A stretch of 64,000 nucleotides of DNA. Origin: Macrostomum lignano. Taxonomy: Eukaryota. The stretch lies in assembly GCA_002269645.1 (NCBI GenBank), contig NIVC01000183.1, positions 1 to 64,000 of the forward strand, read 5' to 3'. The notes under the pieces were generated by a model. That model had not been told where the DNA came from and ran no database searches. It saw nothing but the letters and a program-made list of their open reading frames with translations. Positions 1 to 13,142 of this stretch are shown piece by piece (positions within the stretch are counted from its first letter, which is position 1; every line of letters begins with the position of its first letter). Made by a program: the position numbers and the translations under genes.

Positions 1-140
1 CATCGGCGCCCTCTCTGTATCTGGCGCTCTTTTTGTGTCTGGCGCCCCTTCTGTAGCTGGCGCCCTCTCTGCATCGGCGCCCTCTCTGTATCTGGCGCCC
101 CTTCTGTAGCTTTCTGTAAATGGCACCCCTTCTGTAGCTG
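1..140. repeat. Degenerate ~19-20 bp minisatellite (ggcgccctctctgtatct-like), cut by the window edge
   Basis: Repeated ggcgccc(c/t)(t)ctgta motif seen directly. Confidence 0.7.
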
Positions 141-341
141 GCAAGCTCTATGTTACCAAGCGCTCCCTGTCCATGACTCAGCACTATGCCATTCGCATAC
201 GATATTGATATAAATAAACATAGATGTATTAAACATTGCCCATTATCTATGCTGCCCACAACCTTTTTTCTATCTCTGTTGAAATACCTGTCCATTGTAT
301 TGACATTGCATAATAGTTATACCTTTCTCTATCTTTGTAGC

Positions 342-592
342 CTAGTCGGCCTCTGCCTGGCGAGCCCCGAGTTGGCGTTGACGTGCCAACGGGTAGAGCA
401 GCAACAGTTGCTGCCTGCTGCAGCAGCCCTGCCGCCGCATTGCTGTCACTTTGACGCCGCTAGGCGAGCCGCCGCTGCGTTCTGCGCGAAGAGTCACTGG
501 GACGTCAGCGGCTTCGGGTGCGGGAACTTCAACAATTTCGCTAGTTGCCGGCTCCGGTGGCGGCGGTATCGGTGCCTCGGTGGACACTTGTA
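342..592 (-). CDS. Terminal exon of a low-complexity Ser/Ala/Pro-rich protein (gene A)
   Basis: Acceptor ttcgcag|TA CAA GTG is phase 1 and matches the phase-1 donor at 2248 (G+TA=Val). Reads QVSTEAPIPPPPEP...AEAD to TAG at 344-342. Confidence 0.6.
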
Positions 593-712
593 CTGCGAAT
601 TTTAGTAGTTTTTTCAAGAAAAGTCTTATAGTAATGCTGTTATAATAAATGCAAGCGAGTCCTAACTCAAAATTTGATTTTTCATACTTGGACATGGGTT
701 GCTTAAATTTTG

Positions 713-2012
713 AGTTCAGTAGCTTAGGGACATAGACGCTATTTTTTCTGAGAATTTGATAGAACTTCCATGAATCAAATAAGAAGCTACTCAATCAAAC
801 TAAGAATGATGCATGCACTGCAGAAACTACTGGTGAAATAGAGTTCAGTAGCTTAGGGACATAGACGCTATTTTTTCTGAGAATTTGATAGAACTTCACA
901 TGAATCAAATAAGAAGCTACTCAATCAAACTAAGAATGATGCATGCACTGCAGAAACTACTGGTGAAATAGAGTTCAGTAGCTTAGGGACATAGACGCTA
1001 TTTTTTCTGAGAATTTGATAGAACTTCACATGAATCAAATAAGAAGCTACTCAATCAAACTAAGAATGATGCATGCACTGCAGAAACTACTGGTGAAATA
1101 GAGTTCAGTAGCTTAGGGACATAGACGCTATTTTTTCTGAGAATTTGATAGAACTTCACATGAATCAAATAAGAAGCTACTCAATCAAACTAAGAATGAT
1201 GCATGCACTGCAGAAACTACTGGTGAAATAGAGTTCAGTAGCTTAGGGACATAGACGCTATTTTTTGAGAATTTGATAGAACTTCCCATGAATCAAATAA
1301 GAAGCTACTCAATCAAACTAAGAATGATGCATGCACTGCAGAAACTACTGGTGAAATAGAGTTCAGTAGCTTAGGGACATAGACGCTATTTTTTGAGAAT
1401 TTGATAGAACTTCCCATGAATCAAATAAGAAGCTACTCAATCAAACTAAGAATGATGCATGCACTGCAGAAACTACTGGTGAAATAGAGTTCAGTAGCTT
1501 AGGGACATAGACGCTATTTTTTGAGAATTTGATAGAACTTCCCATGAATCAAATAAGAAGCTACTCAATCAAACTAAGAATGATGCATGCACTGCAGAAA
1601 CTACTGGTGAAATAGAGTTCAGTAGCTTAGGGACATAGACGCTATTTTTTCTGAGAATTTGATAGAACTTCACATGAATCAAATAAGAAGCTACTCAATC
1701 AAACTAAGAATGATGCATGCACTGCAGAAACTACTGGTGAAATAGAGTTCAGTAGCTTAGGGACATAGACGCTATTTTTTCTGAGAATTTGATAGAACTT
1801 CACATGAATCAAATAAGAAGCTACTCAATCAAACTAAGAATGATGCATGCACTGCAGAAACTACTGGTGAAATAGAGTTCAGTAGCTTAGGGACATAGAC
1901 GCTATTTTTTGAGAATTTGATAGAACTTCCCATGAATCAAATAAGAAGCTACTCAATCAAACTAAGAATGATGCATGCACTGCAGAAACTACTGGTGAAA
2001 TAGAGTTCAGTA
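713..2012. repeat. Tandem array, 128-130 bp unit, ~10 copies, in an intron of gene A
   Basis: gagttcagtagcttagggacatagacg recurs at 841, 971, 1101, 1231, 1359 and onward; length varies only in a T run. Confidence 0.97.
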
Positions 2013-2247
2013 GTTTTTTTTTCAAGTTTTTTCACATACGCTTCTATGGGCACATAAGCGGTTAATGAGTGGCCCATCTTGTGTATACATGATCTTTGGT
2101 CAAACGTATCTTAATTTACATTAAGATAGTAACTTTCTTTCTACCTATCTGTCTCTACCAGTCAAACAATCAATCTATCTTATTAACGGTGCAATATAGC
2201 CGGTCCTATCAATTAATATAAAACTATTATTAATTCAACCAGCTTAC

Positions 2248-2403
2248 CAGTGGGCAAATCCTCAGCTTTCCCAGGCTCCTTAGCAGCATCATTAACAACA
2301 TTGGGCTCGTCAGCGTTGCCGTTGCTATCAATTGAAGTTGTCAGCAGTTTGTTAGGCAGATTTTCACTGTGCAAAGCTTTGCCATCGGCTGTAGCCATGG
2401 TAA
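2248..2403 (-). CDS. Internal exon of gene A (156 nt, phase 1-1)
   Basis: tttacttcag|TT ACC ATG GCT ... CCC ACT G|gtaagc; reads TMATADGK...EDLPT. Confidence 0.65.
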
Positions 2404-3175
2404 CTGAAGTAAACAATTTGGTATTGTCACTATTAAAGAAACAGACAGGCAAGAAGCTAGAAAAATGTATGCATATTAAATATTATATAGAAGCCAGCTT
2501 GATAAAGCTAAGGACTATATATGATTTGCCACACAATCATTCCTTAATATAAATAGCATCCGTTATAATTAATACTGCGCAAATTTTGATAACACGCCAT
2601 TGCGATTGCATTACACTAGACTTGGCAGTAAAAATACGAGCATGTAACCAGTTTATTATTGCTGAGATAAGAATAGAGAAATTTGTTAAGCAAGAAGTAT
2701 CAATTTTTAAATAAGAACTTTTTTTTAATTTGTCAGCTAGCCAATAGACACCGAAATTACATGCACCGACGATGACAAAATCAGGGACGCTGTACACCCT
2801 GTCTGAGCGTGACAAGAATAAAGTCGCTGCTAGCCTTTTGGACCGTCGAGATATTCGACAATTCTGCCAACAGGTCGGATTTTTCCGATAAGCGCCAGTG
2901 TTTTCCAAGTGCCTTGCCAAGCCTCCAAATTTCATCAGCACATTGACCGCATGTGTCTGCATCAGCTCTGACTTCTTTGGTCACTGGCCTTCACCCAGGC
3001 GGAGCTTCTGGACCTTCAACAGATAGCACTAGGTGATAACGGACACCTCATATGCTGGACATCCTCAGCTACTCTCAAGCAATCAGCCCGTAGTAGCCAT
3101 CATACTTGGTAGTTCTACGGGCGAATTATATAGGCTTGGTATTTTTACCGTTAACAGTTCACTTTGATACCTCAC

Positions 3176-3459
3176 CTGTAACAATGGGGCTGAGCAGAGC
3201 AGGCTTTGCACTACTACTATTAGACTCAGTCCCAGCAAATGGTCCATCGGCAACTCCATTGGCAGTCGGAACTGTTGCACCAGAGTCCGCAGCCGGACTG
3301 GTCATACTGGCAGTTAAGTAAGCGGATGAAGAATCATCTGGCGAATCTGATGGAGCTTTAGCCGCCGTTGCTGTGTCTGGTAGGCCGTTGCTATGCGCTG
3401 CATCAGCGGCTGCGGGATGGAAACAGTCAGATTTAGATAACTCGATGCTATTTTTATCC
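3176..3459 (-). CDS. Internal exon of gene A (284 nt, phase 2-1); not in the ORF track
   Basis: ttgtag|G GAT AAA AAT ... GTT ACA G|gtgagg; open frame DKNSIELSKS...LLSPIVT; phase matches the exon at 2403. Confidence 0.65.
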
Positions 3460-3509
3460 CTACAATAAGCAATTAGACTTGGTAATATTAGTCAAGTTGA
3501 TAATTAAAC

Positions 3510-3576
3510 CGATCGAGTCGAGAATTCACATTCGCTCCAGCAGTAACTACCGGTTCCACGTTTCTTAGAAAACATA
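3510..3576 (-). CDS. Possible small linking exon of gene A (67 nt, phase 1-2)
   Basis: cctccag|TA TGT ... GAT CG|gtttaa bridges the phase-1 donor at 6262 to the phase-2 acceptor at 3459. The donor is weak. Confidence 0.35.
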
Positions 3577-4045
3577 CTGGAGGCTGGTTTAGCACCAAAA
3601 TATACTTACGAAGACAGGAACTTTTCAGATTTTTTTGACATAAAAACTGCGAGTTTATTGAAACATGCATGTCTTGTAGACTAGAAAAATCTCTTAAATT
3701 AAAGGCCCTTCTCTTGATAAAATAATGCATTTAAAGTAATATGGTCCCTTCAAATCAATTTAAACAAATTTGATTTAAGAATATGGCTATGCATCTTGTT
3801 TACAAATAAAAGTTCAAGCCTTCTATTTATATCCACAAAGATATAGTTAAACTTGTTTTCGTGTCCTATGTAAGTCGCGTGCTTGTGACTTGACTAAAAA
3901 CAATAAAGCCAACCAAGCTGATCAGACCTGCAAGCCAAGCAAATTCTTGAAAGCTATTGTCTCTCATTAAAAGAAAAAATCAAGTAGAGAATCCTAAATT
4001 GATTTCTAATGAAATTATCCGCCCGATTGGGCATTTACCAAAACT

Positions 4046-4460
4046 TGTCTATGGCCGAATGCAGTTCTGTAGCAGTGGCTTTGATGGGCTCTATTGTCTA
4101 TGGCCGAGTGCAGTTCTGTGGCAGTGGCTTTGATTGGCTTTATTGTCTATGGCCGAGTGCAGTTCTGTGGCAGTGGCTTTGATTGGCTTTATTGTCTATG
4201 GCCGAGAGCTGCTCTGTAGCAGTGGCTTTGATCGGCTTTATTGTCTATGGCCGAGTGCAGCTCTGTGGCGGTGGCTTTGATTGGCTTTATTGTCTATGGC
4301 CGAGAGCTGCTCTGTAGCAGTGGCTTTGATCGGCTTTATTGTCTATGGCCGAGTGCAGTTCTGTGACATCGACTTTAATCGGCCTCATTATCTATGGCTG
4401 AGAGCAGCTCTGTGGTGGTGGCTTTGATTGGCTTTATTGTCTATGACCTAATGCAGTTCT
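4046..4460. repeat. 49-bp minisatellite, ~8 copies
   Basis: ttgtctatggccgag(t)gcag... recurs at 4094, 4143 and onward. Confidence 0.95.
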
Positions 4461-5469
4461 GTGGCAGTGGCTGCTGCTGTTGCAGCGAACGGGGCATTCC
4501 CGACCTGATCGACTTAATTATTAACCTGACTGGCCGGGAATACGCGATGAGGGCTTGGACTTATTCTATACCCCAGTGCGAGTATCTTATCGCAGCTTCT
4601 CCATCATTGAATCGCGGCCCATCGAAAAAAATCTATTATCTGCAGTCTCTTTTGGTTAATTAAAAGCTTCGCGGAGTTTCTCCTCAGCTACAGCACAGAG
4701 ATAAAAATAATATTGGTAGGAAATGACCTTCAAAAGGCATTAGTTTGCTTGAATTGTTCTGTATCGGCAACCAGCTTGTGAAGGTTTAAAAAATAGTTCT
4801 AGTTCTTTTTTTATGGCGTCCGTGTTATGAACAACTTTGTTAACTTTTATTCCGGCAATCTGAATTTGGTCCAAGTTAGTTGAAGTTCTGTAGTTCTCTA
4901 AAAAAAGTATCGATAATTTAAGTAGTTTTATTTGATTATTGGTCTATACACTCTTACCAGCCAATAAAGCCATATTGAAGCTTTCCAAGTGCATCCCCGC
5001 AGCTGCATACATGTAAGGCGACAATTTTGCGAATCAGATCAACCACTTTCCATTTATACGAGTATGGTTGGAACTAGTTTCGATGGATACCCAAAGTAAA
5101 ATTTTGTTACACAAGCCGCGGCTGAGAGAGAGAGAGAGCGAGAGAGCTTAACGGAAGTTCCACTGACTAAGCAAATGAAGTGAAACCTGTGCGAGGTGAA
5201 CACCCATGCATCTCTGTGTGTATTAAATTGCAGCCAGCAGACGGGCTGTTCAGTCGTGCGACTAAAACAAAAAAACTATTTCTGTTGCAAAATTTTCTTT
5301 AAACTATACGCAGCTTTATTTATTAAACACCGACCGTCTGAGATTTTAAAACAGGATGCCGGCTCAAAACTTCTCTACGAAATTTTATGGCATAGCGCTA
5401 AGCAATAGCTTTGAGTAATTAAATTCTCTCTGATTATTTAGCTTATAGCGCTTATTGGGATTCCAGTCA

Positions 5470-6170
5470 AGGTCATTTGTGGTAGACATTTTGGAGTTCT
5501 AATTAAGGTCCATCCCAGTGGACATTGGGATTCTAATCTTGGTCCTTTGGGGTCGACATTGTTGGGATTCTAATCCTGGCCTTCGGGGTGAACATTGGTA
5601 TTCTAATCTTGGTCCTTCGGGGTAAACATTGGTATTCTAATCTTGGTCCTTCGGGGTAAACATTGGAATTCTAATCCTGGCCTTCGGGGTGGACATTGTT
5701 GGGATTCTAATCCTGGCCTTCGGGGTGGACATTGGAATTCTAATCCTGGTCCTTCGGGGTGGACATTGGGATTCTAATCCTGGTCCTTCGAGGTGGACAT
5801 TGGGATTCTAATCCTGGCCTTCGGAGTGGACATTGGAATTCTAATCCTGGCCTTCGGAGTGGACATTAGGATTCTAATCCTGGTCCTTCGGGGTGGACAT
5901 TGGAATTCTAATCCTGGCCTTCGGGGTGGACATTGGAATTCTAATCCTGGTCCTTCGGGGTGGACATTGGGATTCTAATCCTGGTCCTTCGAGGTGGACA
6001 TTGGGATTCTAATCCTGGTCCTTCGAGGTGGACATTGGGATTCTAATCCTGGTCCTTCGAGGTGGACATTGGGATTCTAATCCTGGCCTTCGGAGTGGAC
6101 ATTGGAATTCTAAAAGTGGTCCTTTGAGGTGAGCATTGGGATACTAATCTCAGTCTTTCAGGTGGGCATT
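5470..6170. repeat. 33-34 bp minisatellite, ~20 copies
   Basis: gtggacattgggattctaatcctggtccttcgag unit; period 34 measured at 6001/6035. Confidence 0.95.
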
Positions 6171-6261
6171 GGGAGTTCAGAGATTAAATAATTAAAATCT
6201 TAGGAATACCGGTATGAAATTCAAAGAATACGAAACGACAGCCCCCTCCCAGATGACTAAC

Positions 6262-7240
6262 CTCCATTTCCATCGGGCACAACAGTCGCCGCCTCATTCT
6301 TCGAATCCGTCGACTGAAATTTATTCTCATCAAGCGGCGATCGTTTGATCTTTTTAGGCATTCGCAACAGTTTTCTGAAGCTGGGGAAGCGCGAACTGTG
6401 CGACTTTTTCGGAGAAGCGGTGGCGGTGGAGGCGGCGGCGCCGGAGGAGCCGTCTTGACGGTGCTGCTGCTGCTGGCCGGATCTGAACCGGCTGAGGAAG
6501 CCGAATGTTCCTCTTTTGCCGCCGCTGGATTCGCCAACGCTGCTAGGCTGCTTTGCCGACCTGATTGGCGCCAGGCTGCCGGACGGTCTTGCGCCTTCAT
6601 CAAGTACACAATCGTTGGAGACGCTCTCGTTTAATTCAAGGTCAATATCGTCGGACAGATTCAAAGTGTCATCGGCTGATCGGCTTCGGCTTAGACGCGA
6701 GCTGTCAGATTTCTGTTCTTGCCTTTTCTGATTGTGCGCTGCGGCGCTTTGTCGACGCGGAGGCGGCGCCGGAGCGTCCTCGCTATTGACGTCGGCGCTG
6801 CCAGGCGCTGCCACCTGGCATTTGAGCAGGTAGGCCGCCTCCTTGTTGAGCTCGTCGCGTCTCTCTGCCATCATGGTCTGCAGGCGGGAGCTCAGCAGCT
6901 CCAAGCTGCCTAAAGAGGACTCGGCGGCCGGACCGGACGCTGCTGCTACGGACGGCTGGTCGAGCGAGGCGGCCGACACGGCCAGATTGTTGGCCGCTTT
7001 CAACGAATTCGGCTTACTGGAAGGTTTCGGCCTGGCCGGACTGCTACGACTATCAAGGAAGGACACTGGGGCATCGGTTGGTAGATAATGATTGGCCTGC
7101 GCGTGCCGGGTGATGCGATCCTGGGATTTGCCTGGCGTTATGGCGGTTTGGCTGCCAATAGAGTGCGCTGGAGCTCGACGGGACTGCAGCAGGGTGTACA
7201 GGCTTGTGTTGTTTGACTGCTGGCTGCGCATAAAACTCAT
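6262..7240 (-). CDS. Large exon of a disordered Ser/Ala/Gln-rich protein (probably the 5' part of gene A)
   Basis: 327-codon GC-rich ORF with a donor-like GGA G|gttagt just before the in-frame stop. No recognisable domain; true start uncertain. Confidence 0.65.
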
Positions 7241-7551
7241 CAGTGAATTGAGTAATTTCTTTGTTTACTTCAGTGTGAATTTGAATTTACAATATGTACA
7301 CAATATATTGCAATTTAACTAGCAAACAACTAGATACTGTTCACTAGCCTTCCATTATAATACAGGTCCTTCTACCATAAGCCTAGTCAGGCAAGACTAA
7401 CAGCTTTTTTTCTAAATCACCATATTTCTGTAGTTTTGTAGCTATAAAAGCAGTTATTCCATAGGCATTCACAGAGGCTATAAGTTACATATTTAACTAT
7501 AGTTGCTATAAACTAAAGTAGATCTAGATAGTGATAGACTGATAGCCATTG

Positions 7552-8309
7552 TATAGCATTTTGCAGCCCATTTGGGCTAACGCGCATTGAATTTAATCCA
7601 AGATACGTTTGCCAGTGTAACGGAGATTTTGTCTATGGTAGCAAGGCTGGCACAGCAGCATTTAATTTGGTCCAACAAGCATCAATTTGGTCCAAATGCT
7701 CGTGAGCCATTTGGCAAACTCCTGCCTTCTCGCTACCGTCTGCGGGTTGTTGCGTACCACTAGAATGTCAGCGTCTCTACCGACAATTTTCTGTTGCTGT
7801 TCCAGAGCTCTGCTGATAGCCGAACTCTGATAACCAACTGGAACTGTTCCTTCAACTTCTGCTGCATTTTCGGCACCGTCAACAAAGGGTTCGTCTCAAC
7901 TGCATCGAGCAGCAGTTGGACCTGAGGCTCTCGAGCAATTTGCCTTGGCGATTGCCACCCTTTCGCAGGCGATCTCTGCCGGCAGATTTTCAACGCGCTG
8001 CTGGATGCTGTAAACCATATTTTCTTTTACATTCAGCAGCCTTTGGGTGTTCACCTCTGTCGAGTGCTTCGATCACAAGTCAATGGCATTCGTTTGACAG
8101 CCTAGCATATGGTCCACAATTCTGGGGCTGATCTAGCTCCTCCGCAGCAGTTGCAAATGAAACTATGGACTAAACTGAATGCTTGTTGGACCAAATTAAA
8201 TGCCGCTGTGCCAGCCTTGCTACCATAGACAAAAGCTCCATTACATTGGCAAACATATCTTGGATTAAATTAAATGTGCATTAGCCCGAATGGGCTGCAA
8301 AAAGCTATA
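7552..8309 (-). mobile_element. Internally deleted Tc1/IS630-like DNA transposon with ~130-bp TIRs
   Basis: 7552-7682 is an imperfect inverted copy of 8179-8309, with TA at both outer ends. The interior has frameshifted HTH-region peptides (LLDAVETNPLLTVPKMQQKL; RNNPQTVARRQEFAKWL). Confidence 0.75.
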
Positions 8310-8976
8310 TTATTTTAATATAATATGGCCACCATTATATATTATATAACAAAACTACTTTTGTGAATTTTTTGAAACAGTTCTTTGGATCTTAATCTTA
8401 TTAACTAATATATACATATTTGTAACATTTTGATGATTTTAACTTTTCTAATAATCAAAGCTTTAAACCACAGTCAATAATTTCCATAGGCATATTATAT
8501 TTGTTGCTGCCATAAATACTCATTGTACTATAGGTGTCTATAAATAAAATTATATAGATAGAGTCATAATCATAATGAAAAAATATTATTTAGTAAATGA
8601 CAAAAATGGATTATAACTGCTATTTGGATGTTAAAGCTTAGGGAAAGGGAGGATTGGTAAGATTTCAAAGTTTATAGAGGGAATTGCTAAGATATATAAA
8701 AGGTTTAGGCCTACTAGGAGGAAATGCTAAGACTTCAAGACTGATAGTTTAGAAGCTACACAAGTTTATTAAAAAAATATTTTGTTGGGTCCCTTAATAG
8801 GAGGCACTAAATCAATGCTAGTTTGGTATCCTAAATTTTGAATACTAAATAAAATTACTCAAGATACTTATTGCTATCAGCAAAAAGTCAAAGTTTAACA
8901 TAATCTTTATTTTTATAATTTATCACATTTTTAATACTACACCATTTGATGTCCTATTTTGAACAAAGTCTTATTC

Positions 8977-10728
8977 AAAAGAAACAAGCAAAACTTTGAT
9001 TCAAACACTTTAAGAAAAATCAGCCCTTGCAAAAATTCAATTCAAACAAAGTCTATTAAAACAAAAGTCTATGAAACAAAAGAACTTCAATTCAGACTGT
9101 CTATGGCCAAAATTGTCCCCAAGAAACATACACTCACAAATTTGAAATTCAAAAAAACAAAGTCATATTCTACTTTGACAGAGACTCAAGAGATAAAAAC
9201 ACAATAAATTGACAAACCTAAGAGTAAAATGAAAAACAGGAACAAGACAGTGTCAGTTGGCCAACTTGCAACACCTAACCATCAATTGCCTGTCTATCAA
9301 GGCAACAAGGGACATATGTAAACACATGGTTGAACCACTCATTGCACTTGTCTGCAAAGATGCAGCCAATGGTTCTGTCCACCATGTACAGAATGTCTTG
9401 CCAATAGGCCACCATTGACTGATTCCCATGCTGCTCAGCTGTTGGAGCAATGAACTCTTGCTAGTCTGCTGCCAGTTCTCTTCAGAGCAGCCTTCTAACA
9501 GGAGATTAAGTTCTCTATAGGAGTCAAAAATGGACTGTATGGTGGAAGCTGCTTGACCTAAATGGTGTCCAGAATCTCATAGTCTTCAGTATCAATATGG
9601 TAAGAACTTACATTGTTGATGACAACATAAAAACATAAGACTAGGAACTTAGCTTGGAAGTTGCCAATGGTGATCTGCAGGAACTCATTAAACTTCTCTT
9701 TAGTCATGCCCTTATCATAAATTTGGTAATGCACAACACTAACACCTGGACAAATGGCCAAGTAGATGGTAACTTAAAGTCCCTTCTGAATAGCCACTTG
9801 CCTATATATGCATTCACCATGTCAAGAGCACCCTATTGATCGTCTCATCCATATATTGAAGCCAAATTCATCAATGAAAATCTTGTAACCAGATATGACA
9901 TCAACAGAACAAAGCGACTCATAAAACTCTCTCTTCACTTTGATCATATAACAGGAGTTGCGATTTGCAGGAGATCTTGTGCCAGCTTAGTGGTGTACAG
10001 AGCTCTATCAAGCTTAATGCTGATCATTTTCTCTGTTACATGTAGCTTTTCTAGGAGTTACTGGCACAGATTAGTATTTATTTCTTTTAGAATAATAAGC
10101 AGATTTGCTTAGATGAGACCAAGTTGTGGGCCTGCATTTTTTAATTCTACTTGAATCATTTGGCTCCATCTTTGGGCTGCTTTTCCACTCTCCCGGACCT
10201 CACAATTGTGTACGCCATTGACCTCTTGACTCCAAGTTGGCGCGCCAGTTCCACAAAGTCATCCCCATGTTCAGCAACCTTGATGATATGGTTTCTGTCA
10301 TTATTACTTAGAGTGACTGACAAGGCTGCTGTTCCAAAATATGTATCTTCATCAAATTCTACTTCAAATTTATTGATTTCATCTTTTTCCAACAATTCTT
10401 GTCTTCTTCAATCTGATCTTCAGCATTCATATCATTTCTTGTTGAGCAACAATTGTACAGTTCTGCAGTACAAGAAAAACAAAAAGTTAGATCAACGTAC
10501 TAAAAATGTACTCATATCTATGTGCATAAATTTGTTGAAATAGAATGTGACTTTGGTTTTTTTGAATTTCAAATTTGTGCATGCACGTCACTCAGGGACA
10601 GTTTTGGCCATAGACAGTTTGAATTGAAGTTTTTCTATTTCAATAGAAAGGGACTTTGTTTGAATTGAATTTCCATAAGCACTAATTTTTCTTAAAGTGT
10701 TTCAATTGAAGTTCTGCTTGTTTCTTTG
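8977..10728 (-). mobile_element. Decayed Tc1/IS630-type transposon with ~195-bp TIRs and a pseudogenised DDE transposase
   Basis: TIRs 8977-9172 and 10541-10728. Minus-strand remnants: HTH (DFVELARQLGVKRSMAYTIVR), IFIDEFGFNIW, VVINNVSSYH, LPPYSPFLTPIE; several stops and frameshifts. Confidence 0.9.
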
Positions 10729-11566
10729 TCTTGTATACTCCTAGCCCTAGGCCTATAGCATCTAGATGTTGGATGCAATTTTGCATTTTAGGATTAGCAA
10801 AAAAGCAAGAACCAATTAGGCCCTAGACTAAGGCAATAATTGGCAATTGCAGATATGATTATCAATAGGGCCTAAATATAGGCATTAACAATTAGAATTG
10901 GCACATGATGCAATTTCTATCTATCTACATAGATTATAGATAGAATATAAAAGAAAAAATGCTTGAAACCAATAAGAATTGCAAATATTGCCCTTTGTTG
11001 CATTTTTTTCTTTTTCTTTTTGTTTTGTTGCTTTGTTCAGGTTATGTTCAACTATAACATTTTTTGTGAACTTTTATTTTAAATCATGTGGTTGAGATTT
11101 ATAAGTGCCTATGCCTTTACACTTTACACTGAGTAGTTAGAGTGGCAAAATGATAAATTACCTAGCAATTTGACAATTTTTTATGTAGAACAAATATATT
11201 GCTTGTAGGATCATCAAATAGCTAAATAATGCAACAAATCAAAGGTTGCAGCACATGATAAAGAATTGCCTATAATGGCTTGCGCATCTAATGGTGCTTA
11301 TCAAACAATTGTTGTCATGCATCGAAAATGTAAGAACTGGGACTGCTAATTACTCTAGGGCTAGGCCTATCCATTGCTGCATGCTAGCTGATGCTTAGGC
11401 TATGGCATGACAATGCATGATATAATTGAGTGCTTATAAGATCAGCTAGACTGCAAGCAAGAAGTTATATAAACAATTCTAAAGTTAAAAATTGCCTTAG
11501 CCTTAGACATGTTTTTTTGATATTGATTCACTCAATGTGAAGATGTTATGCATGGTTTGCTTCACT

Positions 11567-12688
11567 GGGGCCCATGCTATAGAATCAGGAGTTAGGAATT
11601 AGGAGCTAGGACTTAAGAGTATTCTTGACAAGGAGTGATTGAATTTTGTGTGCTAAAGATTTCAGGAGTTAAGAGTTAGGAGCTAGTTCTTGCAAGGAGT
11701 GTAGCCTAGGAGTGGGGGTGTATTCAAGGAGTGTTGCACAATCATTTAAAGATGATAGAGAATTGTATGCTATATCACAATCCTAACTTTATGGTCTTTA
11801 AAGATTGAATCTCAGGAGTGAAAATGCAAATTGCTCAAAAAATATCATTTGTGAGAGCTGTCACTGCATGCAGAGGTTCTCTTTGGTGCATTTAGTACAA
11901 ATTTATAACAACAAAGCAGTGCCAATATGATAACCATTAATAGCATAATATGAAGCACATCTACGACTGCCTGTATAAATTATACCAGCATATTTACTCG
12001 TTTTATTATATGCATTGACCAAGCAATGCAGAAGAGTATCAAATGCTGTAATAATAATAAATAATAGTTGCATTCTAGTAATTTTTACTTTGTTACCAGA
12101 TAGGCCTAGCTGCATTCAAAATCATTGATTTCTTCAGTATTAAATACCACGCTATAATACGTGTATGAGTACGTGTACTGTAATTGTAGTAGTCACAAAA
12201 AAGTATGCATGGTCAAATTCAAAAGTAAGAAGTCTAAATGTACATGTATACTTGTAAATATCAATAAAGAAAATAATAACACCAGTCTAATTATCAAAGA
12301 ATTGTCTGAAAACATTATAATCCTAGCTTGTCTAAGAGTGAAAATTGGCCCTTGAACTCTTGCTTAGGAGTCAAGAGTTAGGAGCGAAATTTTCTCATTC
12401 TGTAGGACACACGCTCCTAGAATCACTCCTAAAAGCCAACTCCTAGCTCCTAGACTTCCTCTCCTAATTCTATAGCATGCCACGGACCTTAATGAGGTCT
12501 CCTAAATTCACCCAGGAGTCTCCTAACGTCCTTAAGGAGCCTCCTAGCTCTTAAAATTTACTCATGATTCTATAGCACAGAAAAGCCAGCTAGGAGCTAG
12601 GAGTTAGGACACTCTTAAGGATTTAGGAGTTAAGAGTATGAGTAAGTAGAGAGTTAAGAGTTAACATTCTATGGCCAGCACGGGCCCC
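11567..12688. mobile_element. Possible MITE-like element with AGGAG-rich nested inverted repeats
   Basis: gggcccatgctatagaatcaggag at 11567 has inverted counterparts near 12465-12480, 12565-12578 and 12665-12688. Confidence 0.4.
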
Positions 12689-12964
12689 TGTTCACTCATT
12701 CGATTTCCGGTGCATATATGGAATAATAATGACTGAAAAGTTTTTAGTAATGTAAATCTAATTTGTTGTTACTTTTCATATTCTTTAAATATAATTATTG
12801 CTAAAAGCAAGATATTAATTTTGTTTGTTAACATGCTTTGTTATACTGTGTACATATTTAATACTTTGGATTGGCGTCATTTTTAAATTGAACATGACTA
12901 AGTATGATGTTCCTGACAGAATATAGCCTGACAAGTACGTGTTAAAGTAAAGTACTATTGTACT

Positions 12965-13142
12965 CAGTGGCGCAATCAGGATGGGGCGGCCGGAGACCAG
13001 AAAAAAATCAAAGGGGGGCCAATAAAAATTTTCACAAAAAACAGAGCAGCCCCGTGGCCCATTCGCCCCCCCCCCATCTTGGGTCTTAACCGTCTTACCC
13101 TCCAGAATCAGCCGCCCCCACAAATTTCTGGTTGCGCTAATG
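12965..13142. mobile_element. Short hAT-like MITE
   Basis: Termini cagtggcgcaatcag ... ctggttgcgctaatg form an imperfect inverted repeat; 8-bp flanks attgtact/gctgttct match 5/8. Confidence 0.5.

Noticed and set aside
2537-3100. Extra exon of gene A from the ORFs at 2537-2984
   Set aside because: Phase-1 acceptors run into stops, while 3176 joins 2403 directly in phase.
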